Positions 54,975-64,000 of a DNA stretch of 64,000 nt are shown here, in pieces; positions within the stretch are counted from its first letter, which is position 1, and each line of letters starts with the position of its first letter. The notes beneath the pieces were generated by a model. That model was not told the origin of the DNA and ran no database searches. It worked only from the letters and a program-made list of their open reading frames with translations. The stretch lies in NCBI RefSeq assembly GCF_006345805.1, contig NC_042999.1, positions 67,456,001-67,520,000 of the forward strand. The letters are read 5' to 3'. A program made the translations under genes and the position numbers. Source of the stretch: Octopus sinensis (lineage: Eukaryota).

Positions 54975-55290
54975 GGTGGACGCCCAGTGGTTAGGGCAGC
55001 GGACTCGCGGTTTCGACTCCCAGACCGGGCGTTGTGTTTGTTTATTAAGCGAAAACACCTAAAGCTTCGGCAGGGGATGGTGGCGACCCCTGTTGTACTC
55101 TTTGGCTCTAACTTTCTCTCACTCTTTCTTCCTGTTTCTTGTCCCCGACTTCCTACGCAACCGCTGAGCCTGGATGCGCATTCATCCATCCGTCGATGCT
55201 CTCGGTGTCGGGGGTTGACCTGCTTTCTCTTCTGCGGGTATTACGAATAGCAAAGGACCACGTTTCGGACTTCTCCCACTGGGACGAAGA
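54975..55290 (+). mobile_element. tRNA-derived SINE (family D)
   Basis: CCCAGTGGTTAGGGCAGCGGACTCGCGGTTTCGACTCCC tRNA-like head. Confidence 0.6.
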
Positions 55291-56699
55291 CCGCTTCGCT
55301 CAACAAACAAACAAACAAGCAGCAACAACGGCAATCACCAGCACCACCGCTGCCGTCGCCACCACGATCACCACCACCACCACCACGATCACCACCACAA
55401 CAACAACTAATCCAGCGTCAGCCCAGCAGCCAATTCTGTGACAACAAACACCAGCTCTAATTTACCCACATTTTCATATCACTAACCACTAACTAAATCA
55501 AACGAAATTCAATTTATTGCATCTTTAGCGACTTCAGATATTGCTTATGTGATAAAAACAAAATTCTGATACTGGGGAAGTGGGGGTGCTGAGCGCTACA
55601 TAGCCCCCCTCCCCACGTGGCTACGTGCCTGAAAATATGACATATCAGGGGGGATGGCTGCATTTGGACTTAAGTCAGAAACAGGAGACTTCATTATAAT
55701 CCTTTCTACTATAGGCACAAGGCCTGAAATTTGTGGGGAGGAGTTAAGTCGATTTCATTGACCTCAGTATTTCACTGGTACTTAATTTATCAACACGGAA
55801 AAGGACAAAAGGCAAAGTCAACCTCGGCGGAATTTGAACTCAGAATGTAGAAGCAGATGAATTACCGGTATGCATTTTGCCTGGCGTGCTAACGATTCTG
55901 CTAGCTCCACCGCCTTAAGAAGACTTCATTATAATGGCTAGGGATCAGTGTCTACCCACTAGAAATAACTAAGCGAACATTCTTAGAAATGGAGCCGATC
56001 CTGCCAGCCACTTTTTTGGAACCATCAGAGAAGCAATTGAGTATCTCTATATTAGCCTCCTCAACTGAGTATACTAAATAATAATAATAATAATTGTCTT
56101 GGTATAAAAGATGGGCTACAGCAAATATTCTGCTCATTACCACAGATTTGCTTGTCAGTTGTTTGACCTTAACCAGTTGAGCATGTCCCTTGGTGGCTAA
56201 CAATATGTGCATCTCTGATCATGAGCAGAAACAGTGGGGAAGCATCATAGCAATGTGTTGAGAGGAATTCTTTGGGGTTTGAATAATTCACCTCTGGAAA
56301 CATGGGTGTTTCATTCAACATCCTTAAACAACCCTTATTCAGGGACCTTTTGAGCGGCATGGGTTACTCGACCAGAAGAAAAAATTCTAACTGGGCCCCA
56401 CCTGCAAGGTTATGTGCTGTTTATCTTGATATGAGATCACCATGTCGTGCACATATGGTTGTGATGCATGTGCCTAGTGTACCCTTATCAGATGGGTAGT
56501 CATGATGGGTATACTGGGCTTCGTATATTTTACCCCAGTGTCACTTTGATGGCATGCACTGTGCTCTCACTCAATAATAATAATAATAAGAGCTTCCCGT
56601 TCCTCTCTTCAATGTCTTGCTTCAGACAACTTTACAATCAGCCAAAGAAGATTCATCACCAGAAGATGACACTAGAGACCAAGACTTTCAGTTGAGACG

Positions 56700-57860
56700 T
56701 TACCTCAGCTATTCTCCCAGGTAGAGATGAATGATCTAGTTTGTGACTTGAACCTCCCAAAAACTTCTGCAGAACTGTTGGCTTCCCGACTGAAAGAGAA
56801 GAATGGAGTTTGTATAACCTTTTCTCGGAGACGGCATGAAAAGTTCCTTTCTTTCTTCACAAAAGAGGAAGAGCTGGTTTACTGCAGAGAGGTCGGTGGG
56901 CTTCTTAATGAACTAGGCATTGAGGAAAACAAACCAGAGGAACAGCATCTTTCCATAGACAGCTCTAAGCGAAGTTTTAAATGTGTATTGTTGCACAGTG
57001 GAAATGTGTATGGCTCTGTCCCACTTGGCCACTCAACAACTCTGAAGGAAAAATATGAAGAAATTCAGATGGTTTTAGAGAAGATACTGTATCATGATCA
57101 TAAATGGGTCGTGTTGACTTAAAGATGGTGTATTTTCTCATGAGACAGCAATCTTGTTATGCCAAATACCCATGCTTTCTTTGCATGTGGGACAGTAGAA
57201 ACCGAGTAAACCACTATGTTAAGAAAGACTGGCCACCTCGAACAAATATGACTCCATGTAGAGTTGCTAATATATTGGAAGAACCTTTAGTTGAGCAAGA
57301 TAAGATCATTTTCTCCCCATTGCACATCAAACTCAGATTAATCAAACAATTTATCAAAGCTCTTGACAAAAATGGTGCTTGAAATGTATCTGCAGTGTAT
57401 TTCCAGACTTGATAATTGAAAAACTTAAAGCAGGGATTTCTGATGGACCATAGATCTGTAATCTCTTGAAAGACACAAATTTCATGAAAACGATGAGCAT
57501 AAATGAAGCATCAGCTTGGCTAGCCTTTGCAGAAGTAATGCAAAATTTCCTTGGGAAACACAAAAGTGAAAATTATAACAACCTACCAACTTGATATCAA
57601 CTTTCCGTGATATTGGCGTGAATATCAGCATCAAAATGTATTATCTTTTTAGTAATCTTGATTGTTTTCCTGAAAATCTCAAAGTTAGCGATGAACAACG
57701 CAAATGATTCCATCAGGACATCAAGTGGATGGAAACTCAGTACCAAGGATGTTGGAACACTGTGATGATGGCAGACTATTGCTGGTGTTTAAAACAAGAT
57801 GCTCCTGTTGTTCAACATTCATGGTGCACAAAGAAGCGCAAATTTATTCCTTGAAATTTC
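56700..57860 (+). mobile_element. Chapaev/Transib-like (RAG1-related fold) DDE transposase pseudogene
   Basis: Reads IDSSKRSFKCVLLH, VDLKMVYFLMRQQSCYAKYPCFLCMWDSR, PLHIKLRLIKQF and SDEQRK*FHQDI..MMADYCW. The DLK..CFLC, LH and E motifs parallel RAG1/Transib cores. Confidence 0.7.
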
Positions 57861-57964
57861 TGCCAAAAGTCTTTGCAATGTGCATTTTCACTTTTGAATT
57901 TTTATTTGTACTTTTTGTTTTGTGTTACACTCTCATTGATTCATATTATATGCCTCTTGTATAC

Positions 57965-58365
57965 TCTTTTACTTGTTTCAGTCATTTGACTGCGGCCATG
58001 CTGGAGCACTGCCCTTAGTCGAGCAAATTGACCCCAGGACTTATTCTTTGTAAGTCTAGTACTTATTCTATCATTTTTTTTTTGCCAAATCACTAAGTTA
58101 TGGGGATGTAAACACACCAGCATCAGTTGTCAAGCGATGTTGGGGGGACAAACACGGACACACAAATGTATACACACACATGCATATATGTACATATATA
58201 TACGACAAGCTTCTTTCAATTTCCGTCTACCAAATTCATTCACAAGGCTTTGGTCAGCCTGAGGCTATAGTAGAAGACACTTGCCCAAGGTGCCACGCAG
58301 TGGGACCGAACCCAGAACCATGTGGTTGGTACGCAAGTTACTTACCACACAGTCACTCCTGCACC
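57965..58365 (-). mobile_element. SINE family B, intact
   Basis: Head, internal microsatellite and tail are all present. Confidence 0.8.
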
Positions 58366-60283
58366 TGTGAATGAAATACTTACTCTATCAGGTCTACTCA
58401 AAAAACTATAAACTTGATAGAAAAAGACTGAATTTATTTTTGAATTTAGCAGGCAAAATCACTTAAGAATTTGTTGAAATATTCCAGGTACCAAAAAAAT
58501 AATTTTTTTGTTGCCCAGTGTAATCCTTTCTACTAAAGGCAGAAAGCCTGCAATTTAGGGAAATAGGATAATTGATTACATCGATCTTGGTGCTCAAGAG
58601 GTACTTATTTCATCGACCCCGAAAGGATGAAAGGCAAAGTGACCTCAGCAGAATTTGAACTCAGAATATAAAGACAGACGAAATATTGCTAAGCATTTTG
58701 CCCAGCACAGTAATGATTCTGCCAGCTCACTTTCTTTATTTGGCACTCAGGCCACTAACACAGAGGGGGACACTACAAGGACAGACACAACACCAGAGTG
58801 AGGACAATAAACATAGAACAAATGAGTATGAATATTATATAATAATGAAAGATGAAATGGCTGCATGGGCCCCACTCCTCATGCAGTACCATTTAAACGT
58901 TTGTACACAGTCTTGTCACTCTATCTGTTGATTTTTTTTTTCTTTCCTTAATTATCGTTTTTTTCTTCAAATGCTTTTTCCTTTTTTTTTTAAAAAAAAA
59001 AGGATTTTTACCTGTTTTTTTCCTTGTTAATGTCTCATATATGGCTCCAGTCCTAACAAATCAATTACTGGTGGCAGCTCATTGAACTCCACCAACGCTC
59101 CAGACGGGTCAATTCTATCCCCGCACATGTCTCTAAGTTTCTTATATGTTTCCATGATTCTGCCAGCTCACCACCATAATAATAATAATAATAATCTTTT
59201 CTACAAAAGGCAAGGACTAAAATTTGGGGGGAGGGGATTAGTCGATTACATCAACCCCAGTGTTTCATCATCATCATCATTGTTTAAAGTCCACTTGCTG
59301 GCATGGGTTGGACGGTTTGATTGGGGTCTGGCAAGCCAGGAGGCTGCACCAGGCTCCAATCTGATATGGCAAGGTTTCTACAGCTGGATGCCCTTCCTAA
59401 TGCCAACCACTCCGAGAGTGCACTGGGTGCTTTTTACGTTCCATCAGTCAGGTAGTACTGGCATCGACCACACTCAAATGGTGCTTTTTACGTGTTACCA
59501 ACATGGGACCAGTCAGGCGGCACTGATATTGACCACGCTCATATGGTGCTTTTTACATGTCACTGGCACAGGTGCCAGTCAGGCAGTACTGGCATCGGCC
59601 ACGATAATGATTTCACTTGACCCAACAGGTCTTCTCCAGCATAGTAAATTGTCTGATGATTAAAGGGTATTCTTAAATGGGCCGGTTATGTGACACAGGC
59701 ATAGGCCACAGTTACGGTCTCACTTGACTTGCCAAGTCTTCTCAAGCACTGCCCTATCTCCAAAGGAATTCATAGCAGCTTGAATAACTCAGCTCTGAAA
59801 ACATTGTTGTTTGTTCATCATCCTTAAATAAAGGGACCTTTTCAGCAGGATAGGCTACTCAACCTGAAGAAAATTACAACTAGGCCCCCACCTGCAAGGC
59901 TCTGTGCTGTTTATCTTGGGGTCGATGTAATCAACTTATCCCATCCCTGAAATTTCAGGGATGTGCCTATAGTAGAAAGGGTTGTTGTTGTTAAGGCAGC
60001 AAGCTGGCAGAATCGTTAGCATGCTGGATGAAATACTTGGAGGTATTTTACCCGTTCTGAGTTCAAATTCCACCGAGGTCGACTTTACCTTTCATTCTTT
60101 CGGTGTCGATAAAAAAAATACCAGTTAAACATCTGGGGTGTCTGGTGTTCCCTTATCAGTTGGGTAGTCATGAAGAGTGTAGTGGGCTTTGTATATTTTT
60201 ACCTCAGCATCACTTTGATGGCATGCACTGCTCTCTCAGTCAATAATAATAATAATAATAATGATGATGATAATAATGTGAAT

Positions 60284-60289
60284 TTTATT
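60284..60289 (-). terminator. Putative polyadenylation signal of NKAP
   Basis: AATAAA on the minus strand about 50 nt after the stop codon. Confidence 0.4.
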
Positions 60290-60340
60290 GGTGTTATATA
60301 TGAGTGGGTGTTATAAATTATACATATTGACATTTCTGCT

Positions 60341-60613
<273 letters not shown>

Positions 60614-60619
60614 TTAATA

Positions 60620-61055
60620 CCGATTTTCAATTTTGATACAAGACCAATAATTTCAGGGGTGGGAGTAAGTTGATAACATTGACCCCAGTGTTCAACTGGT
60701 ATTTATTTTATCGACACCGAAAGGATGAAAGGTGGAATTTGAACTCAGAACATAGTAACGAGTTAAATACCTCTAAGTATTTCGTCCAGCATGCTAACGA
60801 TTCTGCCAGCTTGCTGCCTTCACAATAATACTAATAATGATAATAATAATAATCCTATCTACTATAGGCACATGGCCTGAAATTTCAGGGGAGGGGATAA
60901 GTTGATTACATCGACCCCAATACTCAACTGGTACTTATTTCATCAACCGTGAAAGGATTAAAGGCCAAGTTGACCTCGGTGAAATTTGAGCTTAGAACAT
61001 GCAGATGGACAAAATGTCGCTAAGCATTTTAACCAGGGTGCTAACGAATCTGCCA
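60620..61055 (-). mobile_element. Two older SINE family A copies in the NKAP last intron
   Basis: Match the other family A copies. Confidence 0.7.
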
Positions 61056-61209
61056 AAAATTGTTTAAAGCAAAACAGGCTTTATGGATTTTTGAGTTAAA
61101 GATGTAGTCTCTCTTTCCTTCTTTCAAAGTTTCCAAATATGAAGAAAATGGCAGATGCTAGTGACTTTAGCCCATTAGCATGTCATTCACCTTCATAATA
61201 ATAATAATA

Positions 61210-61850
61210 ATGAAATTATTGTATACAGTGCTCAGGTGCACCACAACTTGTCAAAAGAGTGTATAAAGTATATGCAGTAATGTACAAATGTCTGGGGAGT
61301 GGACAGTGTATGAGTCAGATATATGCTTGCGTATGGAGGGGAGAAAATCAGGTGTAGTGTTGGCGAATCTCAGGAAGCATGGAAGTTTTGAAGGATGCAG
61401 TGCTCCGACAACTAACAACTGATGCCAGCAATTTGTTACATGTTTCAGCAACTCTTAGCGTGAAAAAATGTTTCCAAAAGTCGTGGGAGCTGTGCTGATT
61501 TCTGACTTTGTAAACATGTCCACAGGTGTTAGACAGATGGAGTTTGAAAAGGTGCTCAGAGTTATTGTTTGTAAGATGGTTAATAATTTTATGGATGTCT
61601 GCCAAGTCAGCTGCCAGACATCAGAGTTTCAATATATCCATGCCCAGGGAAGTAAGGCGTTCAGAATATGGCAAATGCCTGATGCAGGGTATTCTCTTGG
61701 TTGCACGTCGCTGAACGGTTTCCAGATGATTAATATCCTGGGCAAAATAGAGGTTCCAGACTAGTGATGCAAATTCCAGGTGAGGTCGTACCATAGCTGT
61801 ATAAAGCCGCAGATAGATAGCCGGAGAGTGGCTCACAAAGCTCATGTGCT
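61210..61850 (-). mobile_element. CR1/L2-type LINE 3' fragment in the NKAP intron
   Basis: Reads LYTAMVRPHLEFASLVWN..LETVQRRATK..YSERL and FFTLRVAETCNKL. Confidence 0.85.
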
Positions 61851-62348
61851 TTAGGAACTGTTTTTGAAATTATCAGAAGAATTTTTTGTATAAGAAAATA
61901 AATAGTTAAACATGTTCCATACTAGTTTAATTTTTAAATTATTTCAAGAGGAAATAAATGTTGTGTAAAATGTTCATACATAAAATCCAAATATAAATTT
62001 GTTTTTTAATTAAATGGCGCCTGTAGCAAGAGAAAGTCATTAAAAAAAATGCTTTTACACACAAAAATGTTGAACACTGCTGCTTTAAGAAGCTGGAACT
62101 ACCAACTACATACTGCAGCATTTGAACCTACCCAAGGACACACCACAGTAATTCCCATCTAACCTATACCAGCAAAAACAAAATAACTTTTAAATAAATT
62201 AACGATCCTAACTTAAAACTATATGCCGGCCATTATCGTGCGATGCTAATCAAGGGAGGTAACTCTGATTGACTTTGTGTGACTGCCTGATAGAGTTTCC
62301 TTCTAAACGTTAATATTTGAACGAAAAATTGCATCTTATATTCCATCA

Positions 62349-62630
<282 letters not shown>

Positions 62631-62967
62631 CTAGAACAATAACAAATATAGAAGTATGGATAAATTATTCAGAACTAAATAAATTCAAAAATATATCATC
62701 ATTATCATTTTAAGGCTCACTACTTCATGTTTGCATGGGTTGGACTGAGTTTATTGAGGCAGGTTTTCTATATAGCTGGATGCCCTTCTTGCCATCAACC
62801 CTCACTCGTTTCGAAGCAAGGTAATATTTCTTCAAGGCCAGACAAGTTTAAGAAGAATATTAGAAATGAATGACACTGCTTGTACGACAGTGATGCTCAT
62901 TTACAACAAACAGGCAATATTAACGCAAGGAGACACAAACACAAACAAATGCAACATATATGCACAT

Positions 62968-63365
62968 AGGTGGAGGAGTGGCTGCGTGGTAAGTAGCTTG
63001 CTTACCAATCACATGGTCTCGCATTCAGTCCCACTGCGTGGCACCTTGGGCAAGTATCTTCTACAATAGCCTCAGGCCAACCAAAGCCTTTTAAGTGGAT
63101 TTGGAAGATGGAAACTGAAAGAAGCCCGTCGTATATATGTATATATATGTATGTGTATATATGTTTGCATGTCCGTGTTTGTCCCCACAACATCACTTGA
63201 CAACCGATGCTGGTGTGTTTATGTCCCCGTAACTTAGTGGTTCAGCAAAACCGACTGATAGAATAAGTACTAGGCTAACAAAGAATAAGTCCTGGGTCGA
63301 TTTGCTCAACTAAAGGCGGTGCTCCAGCATGGCAGCAGTCAAATGACTGAAACAAGTAAATGAAT
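62968..63365 (+). mobile_element. SINE family B, intact
   Basis: Head, internal microsatellite and tail are present. Confidence 0.8.
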
Positions 63366-63549
63366 AAAAGAAAAGAATACACATATACATGTAATGGGCT
63401 TCTTTCAGTTTCCATCAAGTAAATCCACTCACAAGGCTTTGGTCAACTTGGGACAATATTAGAAGCCACTCACCCAAGGTACCACGCACCTATTACATTA
63501 ACAGAAAAAAAGGAGAATCACCAATCAATTAGTTCCAGTTTTTACTTAC

Positions 63550-63634
63550 TTAATTTTCCCTTGCAGCTCTGTTTGAATGACAAACGGGGAAGGCCCCACA
63601 GTTTCTTCTGCTGATTCACTTTCACTTCCTTCTT
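63550..63634 (-). CDS. NKAP: NKAP internal exon (acidic/Ser region leading into the conserved domain)
   Basis: Acceptor TTTCAG at 63635-63636 and donor GTAAGT at 63549. 85 nt reading EGSESESAEETVGPSPFVIQTELQGKI, then AA|T gives N, yielding [13 protein letters not shown] in frame. Confidence 0.85.
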
Positions 63635-63744
63635 CTGAAAGATAAAAATGACAAAGAATAAATGAAATTTCCTCCTTTTAGTAAGCAATGACATGTAAAA
63701 CATTTTACTTATCCTGCTCCTGTAGGTATCTTTTAGAATAAGAT

Positions 63745-64000
63745 GGGGAGCTGGCAGAAACGTTAGCACGCTGGGCGAAATGCCGAGCAGTATTTCGTCT
63801 GCCGCTACGTTCTGAGTTCAAATTCCACTGAGGTCGACTTTGCCTTTCATTCTTTTGGAGTCGATTAAATAAGTACCAGTTACACACTGGGGTCGATATA
63901 ATCAACTTAATCCGTTTGTCTGTCCTTGTTTGTCCTCTCCGTGTTTAGCCCCTTGTGGGTAGTAAAGAAATAGGTATTTCGTCTGCTGCTACGTTCTGAG
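63745..64000 (+). mobile_element. SINE family A, running off the window end
   Basis: Matches the other family A copies. Confidence 0.8.

Noticed and set aside
59082-59663. 193-aa plus-strand ORF
   Set aside because: It runs through SINE and interspersed-repeat sequence and has no recognisable domain.

Overview
AT-rich, microsatellite- and SINE-dense eukaryotic DNA, very probably from an octopus (inferred from recognising the repeat families, not from a database search). There is one 100-N scaffold gap at 32468-32567. Two host genes lie on the minus strand. The first is a complete six-finger Gfi1/senseless-family C2H2 transcription factor with three coding exons (21766-14534, about 528 aa), poly-Ser/poly-Asn tracts and a degenerate SNAG-like N-terminus. 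The second is the last three coding exons of NKAP (63634-60341). The rest is mostly transposon debris: Penelope-like, CR1 and RTE LINEs, Tc1/mariner, hAT, Merlin-type fold-back MITEs, Chapaev/Transib-like elements, non-autonomous Helitrons and several tRNA-SINE families. The most striking unannotated signal is a set of hammerhead ribozyme (HHR) motifs of unrelated sequence, most in short islands next to (TA)n tracts. One is a near-perfect head-to-tail 403-nt tandem with two intact type I HHRs (retrozyme/circRNA-like). One is a terminally redundant 559-nt unit. One is HHR-tagged and carries an intronless antisense fragment of MetAP2. All folds were worked out by eye. Repeat boundaries are approximate unless a TIR or TSD is quoted.
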